From contig WNDQ01000017.1 in NCBI GenBank assembly GCA_009912175.1, forward strand, positions 2,402 through 66,401: a stretch of DNA of 64,000 nt. Reading direction: 5' to 3'. The stretch comes from Paracidovorax wautersii. Lineage in GTDB: Bacteria > Pseudomonadota > Gammaproteobacteria > Burkholderiales > Burkholderiaceae_C. Below are positions 34,163 through 42,297 of this stretch, in pieces; the first letter of the stretch is position 1; each line of letters opens with the position of its first letter. The notes beneath the pieces were generated by a model that worked only from the letters and a program-made list of their open reading frames with translations, did no database searches and was not told the origin of the DNA. A program made the translations under genes and the position numbers.

Positions 34163-34407
34163 GCGGCCTCCCGAATCAAGAAAGTGGCGAAGGCGGGTTG
34201 GTCTGCGGCAGTGGCCGACGGCGTGAACAGGTCTGGCTGCGCGCGCGTGGTGGGCGTGGTAGCCACGCGCCGGGCTTTGCGTTGGGCTGTCTGGATGCCG
34301 CGGGCGCGGGCGAAGGTGTCGCGCACGTCGGTGCCGGCGGCGGGGGTGTAGGGGTGCGGGATGCGCACCTTGTGGGCCAGGGGTGGGTTGAAGGGCTTGT
34401 GCTGCAT
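34159..34407 (-). CDS. hypothetical phage protein (82 aa)
   Basis: Operon position and ATGA coupling only. Confidence 0.4.
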   Translation of the reverse strand: MQHKPFNPPLAHKVRIPHPYTPAAGTDVRDTFARARGIQTAQRKARRVATTPTTRAQPDLFTPSATAADQPAFATFLIREAA

Positions 34408-34456
34408 GGTGGTGGTGCCTCCGGTGGTGATGTGTGGCGTGGTCGGTTGGTGTGGA

Positions 34457-36568
34457 TCAGGGCTTGCCGGCCAGCAGCGCGCGCAGGGCGGGCGGCAGGG
34501 CCTTGAGGCGGGCGGAGATGGCGGCGACGTCGTCGCGGGCGGCGGGCTGGGCCGGCGTGGCGGTGGTGGCCGGGCATGCAGCGGCCGTGGCTTGGGCGCG
34601 GGCCGGCATGCGGAAGGTGGTGCGGATGCCGTCGATGACGTGGATTTCTGGCTCGGGGGCGGGCCGGGGGGCTTTGGCGATGGCGGCGCGGCGGGATTCG
34701 GCCCGGATTTCGGCGATTTCGGCCGTGGTGAAGTCGGGCTGGGTGGGTTTGTCGCCCTGCAGGAGCTGGCGCAGCGTCTCGCCGCGCAGGCGGGCCGTAC
34801 AGTTATTGAAACCAGTCCAAGGCCGCCCTAGCGCTTCGCGCTCGGCCGGGTCCTGCACGGCTTCGCCGTTGCAGGAGGGCAGGGATGCCCAGGCTTGCCG
34901 GCGGCTGATGAGCCAGTAGCCGATACGGGTTTCCACGCCGACGATCTTCTTGCGGTCGCCGACTTCGCCGTAGCTGTTGCGGCAATTGGGGGTGACGCGC
35001 ACGGCGGGGCGCAGCATCCATTCGCGGCGCTTGCGGCACATACCGCCCTGGGCGGCCACGTAGCCGCGCCAGGATGCCTGGATGCCGTATTCCTTCTGGC
35101 AGGCGTGCCAGGCCTTGACGGCGGCGGCGTCGCCGAAGTCGAGTCGCATTTGCGCGTGCTCGATCTGGTCTTTGGTGACGCGGCGCAGCTCGCGCCAGAC
35201 GGTGACGCTGGGCTGGCCGATGGGCTGGAACTGGCGGATGCCCCAGGTTGCAGCCCAGGCGTCGACGCGCTGCCAGCCTTTGTATTCGCGCGTGTCCATG
35301 ACGTGTTCGAAGCCGTCGATGGTGTCGGTGTGCACGCCCACGCCGGCATCGCCGCCATCTTCGGCGCCGATGTTCTTGGCGACGTATTTGGCGACGTAGC
35401 CGGCGGCACCGCCGCGCGTCATGGCGATGAATTTGGTGCGGTTGGCCAGCGCGCCGGGTTCGTCGCCGGCGTCTTTCAGCCAGTAGTCGCGGATGATGGT
35501 TTCGGCCTGCTGGGCGGCCTCGGGCGTTTCGAACCACAGCAGCATGTGCCAGTGCGGGCAGCCGTCGTGGTGTGGCTCGGCGACTCGGAAGCCGTACATG
35601 CGCAGCTTCTTGCGGCCGAGTTTTGCGCGGGCGCGTGCCCAGGTGTCGCACAGCCAGGCCTGCGCCTCGCGCGGGGTGGCGTCTTCGTATTTGCGGTTGG
35701 GCACGGGCTTGGCGCGCGGGCTTTTGCCGCCGGAGAGCACGGCGTGGAAGCGGCTGGGGCAGGTGAGTGTGAGGAACAGGCCGATGTGGCCGGCGGCGTC
35801 GGCAAATTCCTCGCAGCCACGGATGCGGGTCATCAGCTCGCCGCGGCGGATGTCGCGGTTGCTGACGCTGCGCGCGGCCAGTTCGGCCAGGGTGAAGACT
35901 TGGCCGGCTTCATTGCGCATGAGGCTGCGCTTGAGCATTTCGGTGTTGCGCTTGTTCTGCTCGACGCGGCGGCGGCAGGCCTCGTCGCTGGCGTAGCCGC
36001 CGTTCTTGCGGTGCACGACGGCGAGCTTGATGGCGGCGTGTTCGGAGATGCGCGCGGCTTTCTTGCGCAGCGCGCGGCGCCACCAGCGTTCGGTGACGGC
36101 GCGGGCGATGACGCCTTCGGCGAGGTCGGCAATGGGGGGCTCGACACCCAGGCGCTCGCAGTAGTCGAGCACGGTGTCCAGGCGCTCTTGCTTGCTCATT
36201 GGCAGGCTGTGGCCGCTGAGCATGTCGTCGAGGGTGTTGGCGCAGGCGCGTGCGCGGTCGCACAGGGTGCCGTCGCCCACGGTCCATTGCATGACGTCCT
36301 TGTGCGCGTGCTCGAAGGCGCGCATGGCGTCGACGCGGGCGAGGTTCCAGCTGTCCCACTCGGCGCCGATGGCCTTGGCCACCGGGCGGCGGGGCATGAT
36401 GATGTCGAGCGCAGGCACCCACTGCGTGGGCAGTTCGCGGCGCAGGCGTGCGTCCATCATCCGTGCCGTCTGCGCGACTTGCTGGTGCAAGGGCAAGTTG
36501 GTGCGGATGCTCGACCAGAACACCGGATCGGGCCGGGCGTGGTGCTTGCGGGCGCGGGTGGTATGCAT
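34457..36568 (-). CDS. gpA: P2 gpA-type replication initiation endonuclease
   Basis: ATG 36568 chosen. Conserved block LTLTCPSRFH...YGFRVAEPHHDGCPHWHMLLWF...YVAKYVAKNIG typical of the phage replication protein A family. Confidence 0.8.
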   Translation of the reverse strand: MHTTRARKHHARPDPVFWSSIRTNLPLHQQVAQTARMMDARLRRELPTQWVPALDIIMPRRPVAKAIGAEWDSWNLARVDAMRAFEHAHKDVMQWTVGDGTLCDRARACANTLDDMLSGHSLPMSKQERLDTVLDYCERLGVEPPIADLAEGVIARAVTERWWRRALRKKAARISEHAAIKLAVVHRKNGGYASDEACRRRVEQNKRNTEMLKRSLMRNEAGQVFTLAELAARSVSNRDIRRGELMTRIRGCEEFADAAGHIGLFLTLTCPSRFHAVLSGGKSPRAKPVPNRKYEDATPREAQAWLCDTWARARAKLGRKKLRMYGFRVAEPHHDGCPHWHMLLWFETPEAAQQAETIIRDYWLKDAGDEPGALANRTKFIAMTRGGAAGYVAKYVAKNIGAEDGGDAGVGVHTDTIDGFEHVMDTREYKGWQRVDAWAATWGIRQFQPIGQPSVTVWRELRRVTKDQIEHAQMRLDFGDAAAVKAWHACQKEYGIQASWRGYVAAQGGMCRKRREWMLRPAVRVTPNCRNSYGEVGDRKKIVGVETRIGYWLISRRQAWASLPSCNGEAVQDPAEREALGRPWTGFNNCTARLRGETLRQLLQGDKPTQPDFTTAEIAEIRAESRRAAIAKAPRPAPEPEIHVIDGIRTTFRMPARAQATAAACPATTATPAQPAARDDVAAISARLKALPPALRALLAGKP

Positions 36569-36582
36569 GACGGTCGGCCGGG

Positions 36583-37308
36583 CTAGACGGTCAGCGCGAA
36601 GAGCGGATGGAGGGAGCGCTTGAGTTCGCTGACGCAGGCGCTGATGGCCATGCGCTCGCCTGGGCCGATTTCTCGCCAATCGCGCTTGAGCAGCTCGTCG
36701 TGGTCGCCGTCGACGCCACTGAACACAAGCACCAGCAGACGTACGCGCACAGGGAGCGATTTCCACTCGGCCGCTGCGGCCGTGATGTTTCGGCCCTCGA
36801 AGGTGTCGGCAACGGCTTGCCGGCGGATTTCGGCGAGGCGGGCGCGGTAGTGGCGTTCATAGCTGGGGTTCCTGATGCCGTCGGGTTGGGTTTCTGTTCG
36901 GGTTGGCCGGGCGGGCTGATCGGTGAGCGGTGGCGGATCGGTCTGCGGCTCTGCGGGCGGTGGCTGGGGCAGGGCGGCGGTGTTGGCCGCGCCGTCGTAA
37001 TGGTCCTTGGCGCCGGGCTCGTCTTCGCCCTGGCTCCCCCAGGTGAGGGGGGGTGTCGCCTGGGGATCGGCGGCGATGAGGTGATAGGCGGGCGTGTCGC
37101 CGTGCGCCGGCATGGTGCCGATATAGATGCCGCCCTGGCCGCGCCAGGGCTGGCCTGCGGCAGGCGGCACGGCGCTCGCCATGGCAGCAGATAGCTCGGC
37201 TCCACCCAAGGCCGACAGAACGCTGCCGGGGGGATCGATGGCGGCGACACCGCCGGGCAGGATATGGATGGCGACGTGGTCGATGTGACTGATGCTGATG
37301 GTGCTCAT
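36583..37308 (-). CDS. hypothetical protein whose N-terminal half resembles the leader part of DUF1566 phage proteins
   Basis: GQPWRGQGGIYIG...YHLIAAD...WGSQGEDEPGA...DGAANTAAL parallels the next gene's GQPWTAQGGILGA...DGKANTAAL. The C-terminal half is unrelated. Confidence 0.55.
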   Translation of the reverse strand: MSTISISHIDHVAIHILPGGVAAIDPPGSVLSALGGAELSAAMASAVPPAAGQPWRGQGGIYIGTMPAHGDTPAYHLIAADPQATPPLTWGSQGEDEPGAKDHYDGAANTAALPQPPPAEPQTDPPPLTDQPARPTRTETQPDGIRNPSYERHYRARLAEIRRQAVADTFEGRNITAAAAEWKSLPVRVRLLVLVFSGVDGDHDELLKRDWREIGPGERMAISACVSELKRSLHPLFALTV

Positions 37309-37363
37309 GTCTTGCTTTCGTTGGGAGGTGTGTCGGCGGATCTGCGGTCAGGAAATGACCAAA

Positions 37364-37870
37364 TCACCGAATAAGAAAACTGCGAACGGGGCGCACGTGG
37401 CACGTGGTGTCCTTGGTGATGCGGCCGCTGTAGCCGCCCTTGAAGTCCTGCGCCCAGGCGGTGAGGGGCGAGGACTGAGTGCTGGACCAATACCAATCGG
37501 TGACCTTGAACAGATCGGGCACGTTGATACGCAGGGCGCGCAGTTGGTCGATGCTGGGCAGGTACCAGTCGTTGAGGCCGTCGATGACCAAATTGGCGCA
37601 GTGCTGTGCGGCGGGGAAATCCAGGCCGCTGGCGATCAATGCGGCTGTGTTGGCTTTGCCGTCGGTGTAGCTGTCGGCGCCATCGACATACTTTCCATAG
37701 GCGCCGAATGTCAGCGCCTTGGCGAAGGCTTCCGCCGCAGTGGGCACGATGATGGCCGCATTGCTTTCGCCGTCGCCTTGCACGATGGCGCCGAGGATGC
37801 CGCCTTGTGCGGTCCATGGCTGACCGATGAGAGGGATGGACGGGTCTTGGGTTTGGACTTGGTCTTGCAT
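37364..37870 (-). CDS. DUF1566 domain phage protein
   Basis: 168 aa; ...DWYLPSIDQLRAL...WYWSSTQ...AWAQDFKGG...VRPVR pattern. Confidence 0.7.
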   Translation of the reverse strand: MQDQVQTQDPSIPLIGQPWTAQGGILGAIVQGDGESNAAIIVPTAAEAFAKALTFGAYGKYVDGADSYTDGKANTAALIASGLDFPAAQHCANLVIDGLNDWYLPSIDQLRALRINVPDLFKVTDWYWSSTQSSPLTAWAQDFKGGYSGRITKDTTCHVRPVRSFLIR

Positions 37871-37909
37871 GGTGGATTGCTCCGGGGTGATGAAACTGAT
37901 GGATGCGCG

Positions 37910-38533
37910 TCAGTCCACGCGTGGCGCGTTGAGTGGCACGGCGGTGTCGATGGCCGGATGGCGGCCGGCGGTGTCGGCGGTGATGAGGCCGGCTTCGATG
38001 GCGTCTTCCACCCACTGGCGCATGACGGTGGTTTCCACGGCGCGACTGCCTCGGGCGAGGGTGATGCGGTCGAGGGATATTTCGTGGCCGGATGTCATGA
38101 CCTGGACCACGCGCCAGCCGGCGCGGATGAGGGCGTTGGCGATGGCGTTTTCGCGCTCGGGCTTGCGCCAGGCGGTGAGGGCGGGTTGCACGGCGCACAG
38201 TTGCACGGCATGGCTGGCGCGGCAGATGTCGTCGCGCTGGCCGAGGTAGGTTTGGCGGACGAGCTCGATGTCGATGCTTGCGCCCTGAGTCTGGGTGGCC
38301 TGGACGATGGGGTCCAGGTCCGGCAGTTGTGTGGCGATGGCGCGGATTTCGGCCAACCGGTCGGCGTGGCGCTGCTGCTCGGCGAGCAGCAGGCGGTCGA
38401 GCAGGGGCATGGCCAGGCGCTCGGTATCGGGTACGCGGCGGACTTTGGGCAGTTCGATGCGGGTTTGCGGGGCGCGCTCGCGGCGGCGGGCGGTGTCTTT
38501 GCTGGGGCTGTAGCGGTGGGCGTTTGCGGACAT
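37910..38533 (-). CDS. hypothetical phage protein (207 aa)
   Basis: Operon position and reasonable composition. No family recognised. Confidence 0.5.
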   Translation of the reverse strand: MSANAHRYSPSKDTARRRERAPQTRIELPKVRRVPDTERLAMPLLDRLLLAEQQRHADRLAEIRAIATQLPDLDPIVQATQTQGASIDIELVRQTYLGQRDDICRASHAVQLCAVQPALTAWRKPERENAIANALIRAGWRVVQVMTSGHEISLDRITLARGSRAVETTVMRQWVEDAIEAGLITADTAGRHPAIDTAVPLNAPRVD

Positions 38534-38644
38534 GACGAGGGCTCCAGGGCAGAAAAAGGCGTGAGAGGGGCCGCACGCCGTGAAAACGGCGCGTGGCGGT
38601 GGGTGTTTGCGGGGATGTGGCGCGCCGGATGGCGCGGGGCTATG

Positions 38645-39058
38645 TCAGCCCGGCGGGGCGGCGGGCGGGCCGCTGCCGGTGGTGTCCCAGTCGTTCTCGG
38701 GGGTGTGCAGCGCGGCGGCGTATTCGTGCGCGGCGGCTTCTTCGTCGGCTGTTTCGGCCAGGGCCAGGGCGAGCTGGCCGCGGCGGATGTGGCGCGACAG
38801 CGGCAGACGAATGTCGGCGGCCGGCGCGCTGGGCAGGGTGAGGGTGCGGGCGAATTCGAGCGTGGCCACGCCGCAGAAGCCGCAGCGCCAGTTGCGGCAC
38901 TTGTAGGTGATTTCGCGCATGGTGCGGCTCATGGCGCGGCTGTCGCAGGCGACGCAGCGGGTGCCGCAGTGCGGGCACTCGATGGTGATGCGCAAGTAGC
39001 GGTTGTTGGAGTCGGCAGCGGCATCGGCGCCGGGGTGGTCGACTGGGTGGGCGGTCAT
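38645..39058 (-). CDS. ogr: Ogr/Delta-family zinc-finger late-gene transcription activator (137 aa)
   Basis: ATG 39058. CPHCG-x...-CVAC...REITYKCRNWRCGFCG four-Cys pattern as in P2 Ogr, followed by a long acidic C-terminal tail. Confidence 0.75.
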   Translation of the reverse strand: MTAHPVDHPGADAAADSNNRYLRITIECPHCGTRCVACDSRAMSRTMREITYKCRNWRCGFCGVATLEFARTLTLPSAPAADIRLPLSRHIRRGQLALALAETADEEAAAHEYAAALHTPENDWDTTGSGPPAAPPG

Positions 39059-39249
39059 TGCGGTTTGCCTCCCGAGGTGGCCAGGCGCGGGCCGCGGCGT
39101 TGGCCGGTGATGTTTTCGGCGCCCTTGCGCAGGCGGGTCTTGGCCAGCCAGACGATGGCGTCGGACACGCTGCACAGCCCCTGCTCGCGGCGCACCCGGT
39201 CGAGCAGCGCGTGCTCGGCGTCGGAGAGGTGGATGTGGTGGTTCGGCAT
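39055..39249 (-). CDS. hypothetical small protein (64 aa)
   Basis: ATGA-coupled to ogr. HLSDAEHALLDRVRREQG is RHH-like. Confidence 0.4.
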   Translation of the reverse strand: MPNHHIHLSDAEHALLDRVRREQGLCSVSDAIVWLAKTRLRKGAENITGQRRGPRLATSGGKPQ

Positions 39250-39332
39250 CGTTTCGGCGGACGTTTGGCGGGCGGTTGTCGGGCTGTTGGTTGGTTTGTG
39301 GCGGGCTGCGAGCCGCTGTTGTGCGGCTGGCT

Positions 39333-39542
39333 TTACGCCGTCTTGCGGGGCAGACTGCCGGCGGCGACCGAGTCGCGGCTGACGCCCAACAGCTCTTCGG
39401 CCTGGCGCAGGGCGAGTTCGCGGATCATCGTGGTCGGCTGCTCGCCCAGGTAGTCGGCCAGGGCGCGCAGCAGGCGTTCTTCGTAGTCGTCGAAACGCAC
39501 GGTCATGCGGTTGTCTCGGATGCGCTTGGGGTCGGGGTACAT
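39333..39542 (-). CDS. small ribbon-helix-helix-like protein (69 aa)
   Basis: MTVRFDDYEERLLRALADYLGEQPTTMIRELALRQAEELL is a beta-strand plus two-helix pattern. Confidence 0.45.
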   Translation of the reverse strand: MYPDPKRIRDNRMTVRFDDYEERLLRALADYLGEQPTTMIRELALRQAEELLGVSRDSVAAGSLPRKTA

Positions 39543-39585
39543 CGTGGGGATCCTTCGGGTAAAGGGCGGGGAGAGGGGTAAAGAG

Positions 39586-39813
39586 TCAGGAGGCGCGGCT
39601 CTTGGGCGCGAGGTTGGCTTCGTACTGCGCCAGCCCCATCAGGAACACGATGCGGCTGAATTGCGCCTTGGAGCGCATTTCGCGGGCCGCATGTTGGCGG
39701 GTGCGTTCCAGTTCGGCCAGGGGCAGGCGCAGGGCGATCACGCCTTCGTGGTCGACGGTGGTGCCGCGTGGGCGGCCCCTTTTCGGGGTGGTTTTGCTGG
39801 TGGTTTTTTGCAT
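39586..39813 (-). CDS. first early-operon gene: RHH-type regulator (Cox/Cro-position), 75 aa
   Basis: ATG 39813: MQKTTSKTTPKRGRPRG...IALRLPLAELERTRQHAAREMRSKAQFSRIVFLMGL. Faces the repressor side. Confidence 0.5.
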   Translation of the reverse strand: MQKTTSKTTPKRGRPRGTTVDHEGVIALRLPLAELERTRQHAAREMRSKAQFSRIVFLMGLAQYEANLAPKSRAS

Positions 39814-39917
39814 GGCTTTATATTTGGGTACGGTTTCAATTTGCCCGGTCAGCGACTTTTCGTCCCAGGGCCGACAACGCCGCCAATGTCTTGGCGGCAC
39901 GCATGGAGGGAATTCAC

Positions 39918-40145
39918 ATGGATGCACCCAAGATCGGGCGCGTGTTCTGCACGGCTGCTGGCGAGCAGTACTGCGTAAGCAATGTCGTCACTGCAGCCGA
40001 CATCGACGATCCGGAAGTTCAACCCGAGTTTTTTCTCGTCTACCTGGTCGCGGGTATCGACCCGAATGGAGGAGATGGGTTTGAGCACGAGCTTTCCAAC
40101 GATGAATTCGAGGCTTGGTGCGAGGACAACGGCGTCAGCCTTTGA
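39918..40145 (+). CDS. small acidic protein (75 aa)
   Basis: GGAGGG ribosome-binding site 7 nt upstream of ATG 39918: MDAPKIGRVFCTAAGEQYCVSNVV...DEFEAWCEDNGVSL. Preferred over the antisense ORF 39849..40298. Confidence 0.45.
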   Translation: MDAPKIGRVFCTAAGEQYCVSNVVTAADIDDPEVQPEFFLVYLVAGIDPNGGDGFEHELSNDEFEAWCEDNGVSL

Positions 40146-40344
40146 CAGCTCCAAAGGGCGGCGACGGCGACTCCAGACCGGCCGGCCGTTGGCCGAGCAC
40201 AGATAGCTGGGGCTAGGTAACCCAGGGATTTGAGCCTGCAGCACATAGCCGGCGTGCGGCCTCGCTTCGGGAATGCTTGGGCTGTCGGTGTTGGTCATTC
40301 GGATAACATCCGGTACTGGATTTGTGTGTGTGGTGGATTTTGGT

Positions 40345-40373
40345 TTGCAAATGTGAACCTGTCAACCAATTTT
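40345..40373 (+). promoter_or_regulatory. candidate promoter giving a leaderless repressor mRNA
   Basis: TTGCAA (40345-40350), a 17-nt spacer, then AATTTT (40368-40373). The ATG at 40382 lies 8 nt downstream and has no Shine-Dalgarno sequence. Weak -10, speculative. Confidence 0.25.
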
Positions 40374-40381
40374 GTTCATAA

Positions 40382-40783
40382 ATGTCAACTTTTTCTGATC
40401 GCCTTGTGGAGGAGCGCAAGCGGCTGGGCTTGAATCAATCGGACTTCGGGGCGTTGGGCGGCGTGAAAAAGCACGCGCAGCTGAATTACGAAAGTGGATT
40501 GCGCAACCCTGACTCTTCCTACTTGGAAGCCATCGCGTTGCATGGCGTGGATGTCGGCTATCTGCTGACGGGGGTGCGCTTGCCTGTGCAGCCGTCGGCC
40601 GCTTATCCGATGGAGCCGGCGGTTTCGCGCAAGGTGGCCGAGCCGGTCATGCGCGAAGTGACGCCGGAGCAGGCGGCGCTGCTGGACAACTACGAGCACG
40701 CCGAGGAAGAGGACAAGGCGGCGGCGCGTCGATTTCTTGACGTTGCGGCGCAACGGAAGGGGAGTTCGCGGCGGGCTGCGTGA
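40382..40783 (+). CDS. XRE-family HTH repressor (immunity repressor candidate, no peptidase domain)
   Basis: 133 aa; FSDRLVEERKRLGLNQSDFGALGGVKKHAQLNYESGLRNPDSSYLEAIALHGVDVGYLLTG. Divergent from the early operon. Confidence 0.75.
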   Translation: MSTFSDRLVEERKRLGLNQSDFGALGGVKKHAQLNYESGLRNPDSSYLEAIALHGVDVGYLLTGVRLPVQPSAAYPMEPAVSRKVAEPVMREVTPEQAALLDNYEHAEEEDKAAARRFLDVAAQRKGSSRRAA

Positions 40784-40930
40784 AGCCTGGGCGGGCATTG
40801 CGGCGAGTCATTACTTTTTCGACTCGTGCTGCCTGTGCTGCTACTACTGGAGCCCATTGCGGATGGTGATTTCCGCGTTGGGGTGGATTGTGTGATGCGC
40901 CTGGGGATGGGCGCGGTGGGAGGACGAGGG

Positions 40931-41428
40931 ATGTTGGGTTCTTTGTCATTCGTCTACACGAATGCGGTTGGAGAAACAAAACAGCGACGCCTGACCAACT
41001 GGGGGGAGGTTGGCCACTACATCAAGGGATTCGACGAAACAGCCGGGAAGGTGCTGACCTTCCGTAAGGATCGCATCACCGAGTACATCGACGTCGATGA
41101 CATTCATGCCATCTTGGCAGATCCATACAGCAAGCCGCCGCCCGTCATCAGCAACAAGGCCGCGCCCGATTTGCGGCCTCATATCGTGTTCACAGGTTTC
41201 AGCGCTGCGCGGCGCGCAGAACTGGAGCAGATGGCGAGCGATGGCGGGCTTCGGGTGGTGAGGTCGGTCACCCAGACCTTGGTTTTCCTTTGCGGTGGAT
41301 CAAACGCTGGGCCGATGAAGCTTGAGAAGGCTCGGGCTCAGGGCGTTTACATCGTGGATGAAACGGCCTTTATTCAACTGGTTGCGACAGGCGTTTTGCC
41401 CGATGACGCGGTTGAGGCGCTGCAGTAG
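40931..41428 (+). CDS. BRCT-domain protein with N-terminal WYL/SH3-like beta module (165 aa)
   Basis: GGAGGACGAGGG ribosome-binding site before ATG 40931. C-terminal IVFTGFSAARRAELEQMASDGGLRVVRSVTQTLVFLCGG...KLEKARAQGVYIVDETAF is BRCT-like. Confidence 0.6.
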   Translation: MLGSLSFVYTNAVGETKQRRLTNWGEVGHYIKGFDETAGKVLTFRKDRITEYIDVDDIHAILADPYSKPPPVISNKAAPDLRPHIVFTGFSAARRAELEQMASDGGLRVVRSVTQTLVFLCGGSNAGPMKLEKARAQGVYIVDETAFIQLVATGVLPDDAVEALQ

Positions 41429-41890
41429 ATGTTGGCTTCAGTTTTCACTGCCGTGTGTTTGGCTGTCGGTGTGACCGATGGCGACACGATCAAGGCCCGT
41501 TGCGGCCAGCCTGGTGCCTATGAGCAGGTGACGGTGCGGTTCGGTGGAATCGATGCGCCGGAGCAGAAGCAGGCTTTCGGCCAGCGGGCGAAGCAAGCCC
41601 TTTCCGACCTTGTCTACATGAAGCCGGTGAAGCTGGATTGCTACAAGCAGGACCGATATCAGCGGCATGTGTGCAATGTGTCGACGGACGCGGCCGGGGA
41701 TGTTGGCGAGGCGATGCTGCGACTGGGCATGGCCTGGTGGTACCGGCATTACTCGAACGAGCAGACGCCAGCGGCGCGGGTGGCCTATGAAAAGGCCGAG
41801 GGCGATGCGCGGGCAGCGTGGCGTGGGCTTTGGAGTGACCCGCATGCGCAGGCGCCGTGGGAGTGGCGGCGGGTGCAGCGGGGCGGTTAG
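41429..41890 (+). CDS. thermonuclease (staphylococcal nuclease fold) with hydrophobic N-terminus
   Basis: VTDGDTI...VRFGGIDAPEQKQAFG...DRYQRHVC...MLRLGMAWWY...ARAAWRGLWSDPHAQAPWEWRR. The ATG directly follows the upstream TAG. Confidence 0.8.
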   Translation: MLASVFTAVCLAVGVTDGDTIKARCGQPGAYEQVTVRFGGIDAPEQKQAFGQRAKQALSDLVYMKPVKLDCYKQDRYQRHVCNVSTDAAGDVGEAMLRLGMAWWYRHYSNEQTPAARVAYEKAEGDARAAWRGLWSDPHAQAPWEWRRVQRGG

Positions 41891-41935
41891 GCCTTGCTCG
41901 AACAACAAGTTTTACAACGACGAGAGGAAATCCAC

Positions 41936-42274
41936 ATGGCTACAAAAGTCGCAATGCGTAACCCTAACAACGGCCTGCTTAAGAACGGGTTCTTTGGCTT
42001 TTCTTGGACAACGCTTTTCTTCGGGTTCTTCCCGGCGCTGTTTCGTGGGGACTTCATCACCTTCATTGGTGGATTTGTCATATCCATGATCATCGCGTTC
42101 CTGACGTTCGGTATTGGCGCGCTGGTGATCAGTCTTGTCTGGGCATTTATGTACAACAAGTACTACACGCGCAAGCTGTTGGCAGCGGGTTTTCGATTTG
42201 CCGATTCCGAAGGTATGAATGCCCAAGCGAGTGCTGCGCTGGGGGTGGATTACAGCACGCAGCAGCGCGCTTGA
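41936..42274 (+). CDS. small membrane protein (112 aa, 2 TM; DUF2628-like)
   Basis: GAGAGGAAA ribosome-binding site. MATKVAMRNPNNGLLKNGFFGFSWTTLFFGFFPALFRGDF...; markedly lower GC. Confidence 0.6.
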   Translation: MATKVAMRNPNNGLLKNGFFGFSWTTLFFGFFPALFRGDFITFIGGFVISMIIAFLTFGIGALVISLVWAFMYNKYYTRKLLAAGFRFADSEGMNAQASAALGVDYSTQQRA

Positions 42275-42297
42275 TTTGCAGAAAGAGGGCGTCCCAG

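Noticed and set aside
37292-39382. 696-aa plus-strand ORF over the prophage early region (also 33548..34351, 34895..36586, 48653..50281, 43905..44522 and similar)
   Set aside because: These are shadow ORFs opposite recognisable phage genes (DUF1566, Ogr, gpA, sheath, gpD). Their translations are Gly/Ala/Asp/Val repeats without motifs.
39055-39813. The small RHH genes read as antitoxins of toxin-antitoxin pairs
   Set aside because: No toxin-like partner (PIN, RelE, MazF, etc.) is adjacent. Their position at the head of the early operon fits Cox/Cro-type regulators better.
39849-40298. 149-aa minus-strand ORF in the immunity region
   Set aside because: It competes with the plus-strand 75-aa ORF, which has a strong GGAGGG RBS and a more protein-like sequence. 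The minus ORF has no RBS and reads as Pro/Ser/Arg-rich.
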